Source: Vicugna vicugna
Taxonomy: Eukaryota
Assembly (NCBI GenBank): GCA_013265495.1
Contig: MU057865.1
Location: forward strand, 682,001 to 746,000
DNA length: 64,000 nucleotides
Direction of reading: 5' to 3'
The notes under the pieces were generated by a model. That model was given only the letters and a program-made list of their open reading frames with translations, was not told the origin of the DNA and did no database searches. The translations under genes and the position numbers were made by a program. Below are positions 36,330 to 49,049 of this stretch, piece after piece. The number at the start of each line of letters is the position of its first letter. Position 1 is the first letter of the stretch.

Positions 36330-38450
36330 TTTTGACTTTTAACCTTTATACTAGTTTTATAGATGGTTAATTCCCTATCTTTACTGTATGTTTGCCTTTA
36401 CCAGTGAGATTTCTTCTTTTATAATTTTCTTATTTCTTATAATGACCTTTTCTTTTCTGCTTAAAGAAGTCCTTTTAGCATTTTCTTATAAGGCTAGTTT
36501 AGTGGCAATGAACTCCTTTAGCATTTGCTTGTCTGGGAAGCTCTTTATCTTTCCTTCAATTCTGAATGATAACCTTGTCAAGTAGAATATTCTTGGTTGT
36601 AATTTTTTTCCTTTTAGTACTTTGAATATGTCATGCCCGTCCCCTCTGGTCTGATAAGTTTCTGCTAAAAAATCAGCTGATAGTCTTATGAAGGTTCCTT
36701 TGTATACATTTTTTTTTTTGTCTTGCTTCTAAGATTTTGTGGTGTGGGTCTCTTTGGGTTTATCTTGTTTGGGACTCTATGTGCTTCCTGGATTTGGATG
36801 GCTGTTTCCTCACCAGCTTTGGGAAGTTTTCAGACATGATTTCTTCAAATAGGTTTTCTTTGGTATCCCTTTTTCTCTCTCTTCTCCTTCTGGGACCCCC
36901 TATAATGTTAATCTTAATACATTTGATGTTGTCTCAGAGGTCCCTTAAACTCTTCTCACTTTAAAAATTCTTTACTTTTTCTTCTTTTGATGGGATGATT
37001 TTCACTCCACTATCTTCCAGATTGCTGATCTGTTCTCTGTATTCTCTAATCTGCTATTGATTCTTTTTTTGTATAATTTTTATTTGTTATTGTATTCTTA
37101 AATTCTGAGCAGTTCTTTTTTCAATATATTTTTCTATCTCTTCATTGACTTTCTCACTGAGTTCATCTGTTCTGATCTTAAGTTCAATGAGCATCATTCT
37201 GACTATGTCTTTGAATTCTTTATCTGGTAAGTTGTATATCTCCATTTCATTTAGTTCTTTTTCTGAGGTTGTGTTTTGTTTGGAAGGTATTCGTTTGTCC
37301 TCTAATTCTGCTTATTTTTCTTTGTTTGTTTCTATGTATTAAGATATTATGTGCTACATATTGTGGTCTTGAAAAACTGACTTTATGTAGAAAGAATCTT
37401 ATGGGGCCCAGTGGCACATTTCTGCCTGTTCACCAGAGCCAGATACTCCTTGGTATCCCCCGTGTGGGCTGCGTATCACTACCTCTTAAGGTTGGGCTGC
37501 AATTATTGCAGGCGTACTAATGGGAGGGGTTCACTCCTTGGCCTAAATTCTACAGATGCATTGGTGGGTGGGACTGGACTCCAGCTCAGCTGGCCAGGAC
37601 ATTGGTCTTGACTAGTGCAGGCATCTTGATGTTTCAGGCTGGGCCCCAGCACACCTGGCTGTAAGGCTGGGCTGTCACTGTTGTGGACCTACTGGTATAC
37701 AGAGCTGGCCCTCTGGAGCAGGAGCTGCTCTGGAGGTGCTGGTCGGGGTGGGTGGTTGGTGGTTTGGGAAGTCCTGTTCATCAAAGGAATACTGGGGGCA
37801 GGGTACATGATGTTAGCTAGGTTGATGGAGAGTGCCTGCCAGAGCCAGACCAGCTAGATGGAAGGAGAATAAAAAGAAAAAAAAAGAAACTGTCAGAACT
37901 TCTGCCCTCAAGGAAAGTTCCACCAGATTCCTGCCCTTGTAGCACATGCCCTAAAATTAGTCAATGAATCTCTATCTTATGTGACCCCAGCCCTTTTCAA
38001 GCTTCTGCTTCTGTGCTGGGACTCAGCGAGTTAGTTTGTGTGTGAGCCTTTAAGAGCGGAATCTTGGTTTCCTACAGCCCTCTGGCTCTCTCACATGTAA
38101 CCTGCACTGGTTTTCAAAGCAAGACCTTGTGGGAACTCATCTTCCTGGTATAGGTTCCCCAGGCTGGGAGCCCAATGTGGAGACAGAACCCCTTGCTTCT
38201 CAGGGGGAAACTCTGCAGTTATGCTGTTATTCTCCTGCTTATGGGTTGCCACATCTGGGCTTTTGGTGTGAGTAGACTGCATCTCTGCCCCTCCTACTTA
38301 TATCGATGTGGCCTTTTCTTTGTATCCTTAGCTGTAGAAAACCTGTTTGGCTAGTCTTCAGAGACACTTATTTTACATGTAGTTGCAGCTGTGGTGTGTC
38401 CATGGGAGGAGGTGAGCTCAGGATCTTTCTACTGTTCATCCTGATCTGCC
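36330..38450 (-). mobile_element. L1 5' UTR plus decayed ORF1 (laurasiatherian-type), 3'-truncated
   Basis: Antisense ORF1 hallmarks (AAAAATCAGCTGATAGTCTTATG, TTTGGGAAGTTTTCAG, CCTTCTGGGACCCCTATAATG) are shared with the young L1 at 62.8-63.6 kb. A more GC-rich 5' UTR ends in GAGCTCAGGATCTTTCTACT..CATCCTGATC. Confidence 0.85.
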
Positions 38451-41400
38451 CTTGATACACTTTAAATATTTTAGCTGGAACCAGCTCTAGGTATATGCAT
38501 CATTTTTAAGCAATTAAATATTATGAAACAATGAAAATAATTGTATGCTTTTTTCCGTGTTTGGAGTTGATTATACAACTTTGTCTTTGCAAAGTAGTGG
38601 AAACAAGACTACATGATACATTGTGACTGCACATCTTGAAATCTTCTGCAGAGAAAATATATTGCCTTCCCTTGTGTCATTTAAATATTATAAAATTCTT
38701 ATGAATAAGAGGAATTGGGAATGACAGAAGAATCTACTAAAATTTTTGCATAGCCAGTTAACTAGGCAAAGATCTGTCACTTGTCAAATTTTAGAGATTT
38801 ATTAGTTCTTTTTTTTTTCATATCTCTCCCACTTCTTCCTGAGGTCTGAATTATAAAAGCTCATCTGGCACCAGAATCTTCAAGGACAGAAACCACATAC
38901 TTCTATTCCTTTATTAAAAAAATCCTGGTGCTGTATTTTTAACTGAACTTCATATACTCGGGATGGGACGACCAGGCCCTTTTATTGCTTTGCTGATCTG
39001 CATTATGTCCTCTCTGCAAAAAGGCTCCTGTTCTCTCAAACTCCTCTTCTTTCAGCTCCTTAGGTCCAGCATCAGAGACAACTCAAGATGTCTGATTTTA
39101 TATAAAAGATGATAAATGGGTACAAATAGATCACAAGGTTATAAACAAATCAGGATTTTAAGATGTACTGGGCATGGGTATATTACCAAAGTTTTATATA
39201 ATCAGCATGTAGAAAGAATCATGAAAGGTTTAGCCCATTGAGGATTCAAATGTTATTGTTGCCACTGAGGTTTCAGATCACAAATAATTTTATAGAAATA
39301 CTGAATGCAGACTACGTAAATATTTCTAGTGTCATCCTCCACATACATATAATCTGTCCAGGTTTCCAGTTTTGATTCTGTAAACCCACTTTCATCACAT
39401 GTTTCATGTGCTAAAACTTTCCTTGAATTCTTTTTGTTTATAAGTAAGTAAAATCACTCAGGCCTTCATCATCTCACCCACCTATTACCTTTTTTATTCT
39501 TCTCTTCCATTAACCTTCCACTCCAGGTGGACTAAAATGTCTATCCATACTCCAAGTCTAAAACATTTTAAAGAATAACAACAATAAACACCAACAAAAA
39601 TGGAAACAAAGCCACTTTATGCTCCTTTATACTTGTATGTGTTCAAATTGCCATGTCCTATCCTCTGGTCTCATACCCTGACCATGGCTTGGACCAGGGT
39701 GTCCCTTAACCCATGAGTAAATTCTCTGTGAGATGGCTATAAGAGAGTTTCATGATCTATGAGGTAGCTTAGGCAATTTTCCATGTCATCAAAAGACCCC
39801 TGTTTGGATCTTTTGTGTGAGTGTGATGAGGTCTTAACGTTTCCTACTTCCCACTGGGAACCCAGGCACCTCTGTTTATTAACATTAGTACAACCCTCTG
39901 TCTTACATCAGTGATTACAGCCCACAAGAAGACTTCCCTTCTGTGACCTCCTAGATCAGTTGTTTTCAGACCTGCTTATCTGATGTTAGTCAGCTTTTGA
40001 CAACTTTTCCACCACAATGTTTGTTAAATTGTCATTGCTATTTATATTTCCAGTGGGCTTAATTTCAATTTTCCAGCTATATTTTAAACACCTTGAGGGT
40101 CTACGGTATGTTGATTACATGGTATTTTGAAGCATCTGTTTTGATTTCAGGGATACTTTGATGCAGCTTAAAAGCAAATGCTAAATTACCAGGAAGATGG
40201 GTTCATAGTAGAAGGTGGCCTAGGATGATCAATTTCAGATATGATATGAGGTTCAGGAATGGTATGAGGAACGGTGACAGGATGTGGTTCAGATATGAGA
40301 CAAGGGGCATGAGTACGCGCTGCTTGCATGGTTAATTAAGTAATTGGCATGCTTTACTTTCATTATTTGTACATGTACTTTCATTATTGTACATTGTTTG
40401 TATGTACATGGAATATATAAAAATGATGCCAGTCACAATGTTCCTCTTTGGAACATGCCCTAAGCCTTTTGAACTCCCCTAAACAGTAGCTAGTTCCTCT
40501 AAAACCATGTATCACATGAAATGATAACTGACTGACTGTAGGGCCTTCTAGAAGAAGCATTTCTTCTATCATATCCATAGCTAAGGATTCATTACCTGGA
40601 ATTACGTTTGCATTCTGGTTGAATGATGCAATTGCTCATCTGTAGTTAATGCACTTCAGAATCATTCATACACCGCTCTTTACTCAGAAGCTGGATGTAA
40701 AGGTGGCAATAAATGTGGGAATAGTTAAGGAAACCCTCATAGAGAAATCTCCCTAGAGGGTTAAGCTGTCTCCTGAGAAGGAGGCTGTGTGTGATGAGAA
40801 TGCTGTGCCTCTTCACTGGATATGCAGACTGGTGGGTGCATTCCTGGCTCCCTCTTGTTCTCTTAACTTATTTTTCACTTGTTTCAGAGTATTTCTGTGC
40901 AGATGAGTTTCAATCCTCATCTCTACTTCAAGTCAGTCCAAGTTAAAATTGTCTTAACAGAAGACAGAGGCACAAATGGATTTCATTTGGTAGCAGTATG
41001 TTCTGGGATGGGAGAATTTGCGGTCAGGAGATATAACATTTCTCAGGTTGTATCTTCTGTTACTTGTAGGAACTGACCGAGTTGGAAATCATTTGAGATT
41101 CAGCATGTAAGAGGCTCTTATGAGTGCCCTATAATTTTATGGCTTTTCTGGGTGAATTGGAGAAATATGCCTTTAGTCTGTGAATGCATGGTGGGGAGAG
41201 TGAGTAGTGCCTTCTTGAAGTTAAACAGGTGTGCCTTCCTTCTGCGGACTGCCTCCTTACATCAGAAGCACAGCTTGGTGGATCCCTACCACTTAGCCTC
41301 TTGTCTGTACCCTTGGGTGACGCACAATCTACACAATCATATATGGCAGCCCTGTCTGGTTAGGACAACGTTGAATCATCAGTCACAGAATATTGGTCAT

Positions 41401-42565
41401 TTGCATACAATGAGTGAAACTTGATTTATATAGACATTTATATATTGTTTATATATGTTTATACATTATTTATATGTATTTATATATTGTTTAGCCACAT
41501 AAATATGTGTTTCTTTTATTGATACACACCCCCCATCTTCTAGAAATACTTGTATTGGGGTTATACGTACTAGGTCCAGCAGGTAGGACAGCATGGAACA
41601 AGGAAGCCATCAATAGTTCTATAAGAAAACGTCATCATCAATCTTATTTTAATAGATTTATAGTGATAGTCAAATGTGAATAGAAATTGGACCAGATCTT
41701 CATCTGTAGCCAGGAAGAGAGCTCGAAGCCCAAGAACATCATGGAAAAGATCGACTTTGACACTGTGTCCAGCATCATGGCCTCCTCCCAGTAGCTTTGC
41801 AGGCATTTAATAAAAATTTGTTGACTTCTTAAAAAAATTTTTTTTGATATAAATAAGATTTTATATCAAAATATATTAGTGAAGTAAAAAAAATAGTGAA
41901 AAGTAGTACACTGCCTGGAACTGGGAGCGGGCCGACCCAAGAGAGGAAACATGGCGCCGTTCCTTTGTTGTAAACACAGCAGACCTGCTTGGTGTCTACC
42001 ATGTGTTCCCTCCTTCTGCAGAGGACACTTCCTCTAACAAACACAGCTTGCTTGGTGCGCTGCATCATGTAAGTCAACTAATGGTTTCCCCGTGTTCTAG
42101 CAATCACCTCCCATTAACCAACGAGTCCCAAAGGAGCATCGGAGTGGCTGCGAGGTGTGGAACAGTAAGAGTATCCAAAAAAGAGAAAATGGGTCCCTTT
42201 CCTTGGAGAATTGATATCTGATTAAATCCGTGACAGGGCGACACATGTCTTATTGTAATCAAGAGTTCAGTTGCATCTTCTTGATCTCATTGTCAGAAAT
42301 CAGGGAGATCCAACTCATTTATTAGAGACCCAAATGTGCTACGTTTCTGGATAGGAGAATTTGAGTGAGTATTTCATTTATTTTTAGTATTGCTAGATGC
42401 TAAAGGTAGACAGATGCATTGTCCTCGGGTTTCCTTCCCGGAAGAGAACAGCAGGAAAAACTTCATCACCCAGTCCATGTTTCCTCAGTTCTAACAGCGA
42501 CTCTCTCAGATCAGTCCAAGTGAGAACTAACAGAGGGAAAGGCAAGAAAAGTTCTTTCTCCAGAA

Positions 42566-42632
42566 GTGTGTATGTGTTAATGGCTGTGTGTGTGTATGTG
42601 TTAATGGCTGTGTGTTTGTGTGTGTGTGTGTG
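42566..42632. repeat. (TG)n microsatellite containing a 24-bp tandem duplication
   Basis: GTGTGTATGTGTTAATGGCTGTGT x2 (42566-42613), then a TG run. Confidence 0.92.
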
Positions 42633-42654
42633 GGTAGGGGGTGGTGTATTGCAA

Positions 42655-42800
42655 ATATCAGACTTTTAGAGCTGAAAGGTGCCTTAAAAACTGTCACATC
42701 TTATACCATCATCTTAGAGATAAAGACACAAGGACCTTGGAGTGATTAAGTGATTTGCTCAAGGTTACACATTTTAGCCTTTAGCTCATGGAAATTATTA
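42655..42800 (-). mobile_element. MIR SINE fragment
   Basis: TTAGAGCTGAAAGGTGCCTTA..CATCTTAGAGATAAAGACAC..GATTAAGTGATTTGCTCAAGGTTACAC. Confidence 0.65.
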
Positions 42801-42929
42801 TTACTTTTAGTAAAGCACAATCCAACACTGTTCCAAGAGGCCAGGACTCTGCACCAAACTTTCTCTTTCTTTTTCCGGTGTCATCAGAATCTCCCACTCT
42901 TTATTGTGGCGCCTCAGGAAGAAGCAAGG

Positions 42930-43640
42930 GAGTCTTAAAAACCATCCAGCTCTCCAGATTCAATTGGCAGGTTAATCGAAAACAATTTTTTATGGCACAA
43001 TAAAGGGCCTGGGGACAGTGGAACATTAATATTTGTTTCCCAAAGAGTGGACCCTGAGAGAATAAAGCTGCATGCAATTGAATTACGGTACCCAGAGTGG
43101 GGGAAGGGGGGTGATGCCTTTCGCATTGCTTCATTTTACATCACCATTAATCTGGCAGCAGACAGCAAAACCTGCCTTACTGACTGCCGCCAGAACACCC
43201 CGAGAGAGATGTCACCCCCAATCTGGGGGAAGGCGGGCAGCTCTCCGAAGTATCTTAGGTGATTACAATCTCGTTTTCATGATTCAGTCTTAATAAAACA
43301 AAAGATGGTCCTCTGACAAAAATATCATCCGGTTTTTACAATGTAAAATACAGCAATTTTATCAGCATTAACACTGATTGGCTGCCATTAGCCCCTTGCC
43401 TTCTAATAAAATTTATGATACCTTTCAGGAGCCCAATTTGATAGAAAGTGAAATGATTGCACCCTGCTTAGATATCTCTCTGGCATCTATTCCAACAATA
43501 ATGCGGTAATTTTATGCATGAAATAGCACAATTGGCATAAATAGTTATAATACTGAGTGCTGTCTAAGGAAGCTGGCTGGTGGAAAATTAGAAAGCGTTT
43601 CACACTTTTGAAACAGGTAATTAGGATTTTTCTTCATGCT
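42930..43640. promoter_or_regulatory. Putative conserved non-coding element / developmental enhancer
   Basis: About 700 bp with no recognisable repeat, dense in TAAT/ATTA, TTTTATGGC, CAATAAA, AACAAT, CTGATTGGCT and TTATGCAT motifs. Conservation not tested. Confidence 0.5.
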
Positions 43641-44349
43641 CATACAAGGCAGACTGGAGTTTCATTTTATATTTCATGTTTCATTAAAATATAGGTGTTA
43701 AAAAATAAATGTTGAATTTAAAACTGCATATATTATGAAATTAAAGGTAGTCTGTGGTAGGGGTAGAGGTTCGAAGTGTGTGATGGGACCAGGGAATATT
43801 ATATTTAGTTACAGTGAGGTGTCATTTTTTGAAATAGTTTGGACAGGTAATGTAGCCTTATTTCAAGTGCGTTACTTTGGAAAGAATTGATTTAGAAATA
43901 AGTTGCATTCAATCTCCAGGTCTTTAACCCAAGAAGCAGTGTGTTGCCTCAATTTAAACTCTAACTGAGGACTATGCTCTTCATTTAACTGGCAGGTGAA
44001 GGTAGACTTTGGGTCATGCGGGATTCGCTGAGCAGTTTTGAACTTTGCATTGGGCTCAACAGTTCCCTGTCTATTCCACGTTTCCATCCTGATCTCGGCT
44101 GCTTGCTCAGACCTGAGCCAACCCGCAGTGGAAGCTTTTTGATTCTCTTGAACTTTGCTGTGGTTTTGGGAGGTGGGCAAAGGGCTGTAATGGCGCCATT
44201 GTATTAACCTCCTCTTATGGCCCAGCTGAGGGCAGGCTTTTAAGTTTTCCCAGCTGTGTCATTAAAGTTGTTGCTCTGGCCCCACTGACATGACACCATT
44301 GCAATCCCAGCCATAGACTAATGACCACTGCTGCAAAGGCAGCAAGTTA

Positions 44350-44535
44350 TGGAAGACAGTACACAGGGCTCAGAGAACAGAAAACTGAGCTTTTGACTTA
44401 TTTGTCCATAATTACACATGTGGAATTAGTACTGACACTGAAACTTTGTGTGCCTCAGTTTCCTCATCCATAAAATGAGAACTGTCCCTTTTTTGAAGTT
44501 TGCTGTGAGAATGCAATTGCAAAACAAGCTGAGAA
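44350..44535 (+). mobile_element. MIR SINE fragment
   Basis: TGTGCCTCAGTTTCCTCATCCATAAAATGAGAA..GCTGTGAGAAT. Confidence 0.65.
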
Positions 44536-45489
44536 AGAGAGGAAGCCAGGCAACAATCCACGGGTGCACAGGGTATGGCTATGTTCCAGTGAGAACATGC
44601 ATGCAAAATGAAAAGAATAATGATTTTGGATAATAAAAAATGTTTTTTTTTCTTATGATGTTTGGAGATATGAGAGCAAGCTGTGTCAGTGATTTAAGGA
44701 GATATTACAAATTGTTCTCCTAACGTAACATGTACAAGAACCATACCATAGAAAGAGCTGTAGCATTTATTGTGATGAAGTAAAATTGCAAAGTCCCTGG
44801 CAGTTTCAACAGAAAAATCATAAAGTAGGAAAGAAACTCAGCATAGCTAATAATCTCACTGTAAATTCTGTTCATTATTCCTATCCTATTTTCTAGGTAT
44901 TGCAACGTAGAGCTGTGGCCTGTTAAAGTTATAATATATTCACATTCTCAAGCAACTCTGCACAAAATATCTAGCCAACCAGAAAGGTGATCATGCAAAG
45001 GAAATTGGGGACAAATGCCATTTTCATTAACCTTTATCAATGGCATCGTCCTAGACAGAAGTCACTTCATGTTATAGTTATGATGCATCCATAATTAGAG
45101 CATCTTACTCAAAGATTTTTGAGTATTTTTTATAAAGGCCATTGAGACTCACATATTCCTCTTAACTTTCTCTTCCTTTATGCCAGTAGGATGGTCTTTC
45201 TAATTCACAAAGCTGATTATATTCTTTTTGCCATGTGGTGGAGAGAACGTTTGCTCCCCAGGAGAGAATGCCATGGGAGAGACATGCTAGCCTTCTTTCC
45301 CCACATCCTCTCACTTGCTCGCCCTTGAAGGGGGAGGGAGAAGGTTCAGTAATTAATGAGACTGAGAAAAGAGCCTGTGTCTCAGCCCACACTCTTGCTT
45401 CGCTTTCAGATCTTCCTGGCTGAAGGATGGGCATGGTCTTGTCGGCTTCCATTCCCCTGGTGAATGAGAAACTTTGAGTTGAGCTATGT

Positions 45490-45575
45490 TGCTTGGCTCA
45501 CTGTAGTATCTACAGCATTGAGACCCTGGCACATAGTAGGTGCTCTATTAGTATTTGTTGGATGAATGAGTAAAT
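45490..45575 (+). mobile_element. L2 LINE 3' terminus
   Basis: CTCACTGTAGTATCTACAGCA..CCTGGCACATAGTAGGTGCTC..TATTTGTTGGATGAATGA. Confidence 0.75.
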
Positions 45576-46769
45576 GTACCCATGTGTGGGGGAGTGAGTC
45601 TGGGTGCCAAACTGGAACACATGTTCTCCCTGGAGTGGGTTGCCCAGAGGTGTAGACTAAGAGGAAAAATACTAGGAACCCTGATGATGGCCATCTCCCC
45701 ACATTCTCAGATCCAGCTTTGTCATAAAGAAAGTGGATACTTTCTCATCGGCTTGATTCCTGTGTCTTTTTTTTTTTTTCAATTTAATTTAAAACTTGTA
45801 GAAGAGAGGACTGTGATGTACTTTTATTCCCACTTACCAACTTTCGCTATCTGCTTGAAACTAATAATTCTAATTTGTTTAATACATAAAGTTCACATTT
45901 GTTAGGATGATCAACAAGAATTTTAATAACTTCGCACAATTATTCTATAGGAAGAATAGTGGGGCTGGGGTGGACAACTGAGAGACTTAGTCAGAGGCAA
46001 ATGAATGAACAGAAGCTCATGAGGAAGACTGACAAGAAATATAGAGAGAATAGAACTGATGTATGTTTCAGCAAAACATACATGATAAAAATTTGTTGAT
46101 CAAAAATATTTACATAATAGAGAAAATTACTGACATGATATGCTAATAATAGATACTATTCTTATGTATTTTAATAGCCTTTTTTAAACGAATTTTAAAT
46201 GTGATTACATCTGACATTTTTCTCAGTTTCAAGATGGTTTATTTTAAGCTCAGACACCTGGGGTCTGTCCACATATTTGTATCCCTAATATGAACTTTGG
46301 CTTCAGTCACAGAGAAACATATTCTTATAATTCCAATAAAGTAGTGCAGAATATGCCTTTTGAAGAAACAGACTCATGCCATTGGGAATTGCCTTTTAGA
46401 TATCTCAAATCCAGGAAGAAAGCTACTGTGAATTCCCTAAGGTATAAGATGAGGACCCTAAGAGTTTACAAACGGGCCTGTTTTATTTCATGTAGGTCGT
46501 ATTCATCACCCTGATTCCCTTTGAAAATTAGCAACGTGCCTTATGCTCTGAAGAAAGAGACATTGATCAACAGAGGAAGGAATTTCCACAGCCAAGAATC
46601 AGAAATTATTGGTACACAAATTTCAGAAAGAACTAGCTACATATAGATTTCACTTTGAGTCTACTTTCGCCCAAGAGCAAAGTTTCCATACGTGAGACTG
46701 AAGAGCTAAAAAGAAACCGAGTTGAGCTTGAAAAAGTTCACTTTTTCATTAGTTTATTGATTGAGCAAA

Positions 46770-46955
46770 TGCTGATTGGGATCATGAGTTTGGGGGCTGG
46801 CTTTGTCCTCGGCTTGTTTGACAAATTATTTATACTTTTTTGGACTCAGTTTCCCCATTTTGTAAACAGGATAATAATAACTTTGCTGTAATAACTTTAC
46901 TGTATTATTGTGACGATTAAATAATATGTACAGAATTGAGTGCAACGTTCACAAA
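46770..46955 (+). mobile_element. MIR SINE fragment
   Basis: GGACTCAGTTTCCCCATTTTGTAAACAGGATAATAATA..TTATTGTGACGATTAAATAATATGTA. Confidence 0.65.
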
Positions 46956-47149
46956 AATGATTCCTTTTGATCTTCTCTCCTCTCTCAACTCTTCCCAGTT
47001 CCCTATTCTCCTATTTTAAGGGTTGGGGAAGCAGAGATGACCCAGATATTTCATTGCCCTTAAGAGTTGGCAGGTTAGTGGAGGAGCCACGTGATTTAAA
47101 AGCAAACTCACTTGTCAAAATGGTAAGCACTATGCATAGGATCCTGTAT

Positions 47150-47620
47150 GCAAGCTTAACTCTGCTTGGAGCTTCCAGAGAGGGCTTCGTAGAGGAGAGT
47201 CGCAGAGTCGATGGAGCACACTGAACCACAGGAGAGAGCGAAGGTGCTAAGGCCGAGAAACTGCAGGTGTGTTTCCATAACTAGAGCATCAGGTGTTTAC
47301 GGATGAGAGGTCGGAGACGGAGCTGAGCAGACAGATAGAACCCTGCTAGAAGCTGGGGACCTTCCTCTTTGGGTGATAGGGATTAAAGACAAAAGACTTT
47401 AAGAAGAGATTAGCTGGGTCCATCGCATTTTTAAAAAAGGTCACTCTTGTGACCATGTGGAAAGTAGAATAAAAACTGCTTAAGAGTCAATTCAACTCAT
47501 TCAGGAAAATGTCTGTCACAAAAGAAATGCAGGTAAGGAAAGACCGATCTGAGAGACTTTTAAAAGGTGTAACAGAGAGCTGTATGAAATTGGAGATGCT
47601 ATGAGGGACATACCGAGTAC
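47150..47620 (-). mobile_element. L2 LINE fragment
   Basis: CAGAGAGGGCTTCGTAGAGGAG, GCATTTTTAAAAAAGGTCACTCT, GATCTGAGAGACTTTTAAAAGGT. Confidence 0.45.
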
Positions 47621-49049
47621 ACTCTCCACTAAAGCAAGACTGCGTGTTTGAAGTTTGGATCTAGCTGGTAGAAGCCCATTGACGTTGCACATCAGTGCTC
47701 CACCTCACAAGAATTACCAGAGCCACAGGGGAGACTGATCCGCTTCTGTGATAGTTGCCTCTGTTGGTAAAGGGGATAGTTTCATGTTATCCATGGCTCC
47801 ATAGGTAACATCTATGCTGAGCGCCATCAGACAAACCATAACAGGATAAAGGAGGGGTATGGAGAGAAGAATATGACTGCTTGAGGCAATTTATGGTAAC
47901 AAGAGATCCAAACATTTGTGTGTTAGAAGAAGCAGACTTTGCACATGATTTATTTTCATCTGCGGATGTGGTGGATCCATACTGGCATCTGGTTAATTAA
48001 TCTTTTACTCAGCTATGTCTTCTTTGATAATATCTAGAGAAATTTTCTGCTTAACACGTATGCATTGGCATAGACAACTGTGACCCCTGCTCCCACATGA
48101 ATGGATCTCCCTCTTCCCACTACACTCCTCCCCTTCCTGACCCTCCACCATGGATGATTGGACCTCCCTCCTCCCTACTCCATGGGCCTGGAGATCGACT
48201 GGAAAGATGTAGTCAGTATATCGAGAAAATTCTGAGATATTAGTTATTTAGAACAGACTTTTTTCCCCCTCCAAACAATATCCAATTGTTATTTTCTATA
48301 GTCTCCAATGTTAAATCCGTAATAAAAAAAGTAAAAATTCCATATTCTGGAAATACTAATGTGATATGCAAATACCGTTATTTAATGTTCCACTTGACTT
48401 AATCTTCTTTCCTCAGCAGAATGATTTCTGGAACATTGTGTCTTCAGTGGCTGGTGTCTTTTTTGGCCCCCAGGTGCATAAGCTTTGCCCCAGAACAAAG
48501 TACATGGAAAGCTCTTTCAGATGCTATTAGAGTGTTTCTAACTCTGGAATCAGAGGTAATTGGAAGAAGCCCTTCGTGCTGTAGAAGCACTGCGCTCCTT
48601 TAGTTTTAAAGTTCTGAACACAATGTGAGGAGCTAAGAGGTACAAGAATGTGGACGGGGTTTCTGCCTTCAAGAGTCTTTACCCTTTAGACGGGATTAAG
48701 GCTCCACATGTATGGAGAGCCGTGTAACTATACACTACAGTGTACGATCAACTGTCGGATTATGTGGATAAATGTTGTAAGTTATAGATAAAACTACATA
48801 GAGTGAAAACAAAAACTGCACAAAACAATTATATAACAGAACGATGTTAGATGAAAACTCACAAAGCAAAACTGTTCAAAGAGGAGAGGAGAGGATTTAT
48901 TTATCGTGAAAGCTGACACTTCGTACAGGTGACAGACACTGTTCCATGCACAGAGACACAGTGGTAAATGAGGTAGTAAAAGCTAATGGGGTTTATAGAC
49001 TGGAAGAAAGAGAATAGACAAATAATTATTGTAATATCTTTGGGGGCAG

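Noticed and set aside
40205..40410. Loose repeats (TTCAGATATGA x2; TACTTTCATTATT..GTACAT x2)
   Set aside because: Short degenerate slippage products with no further structure.
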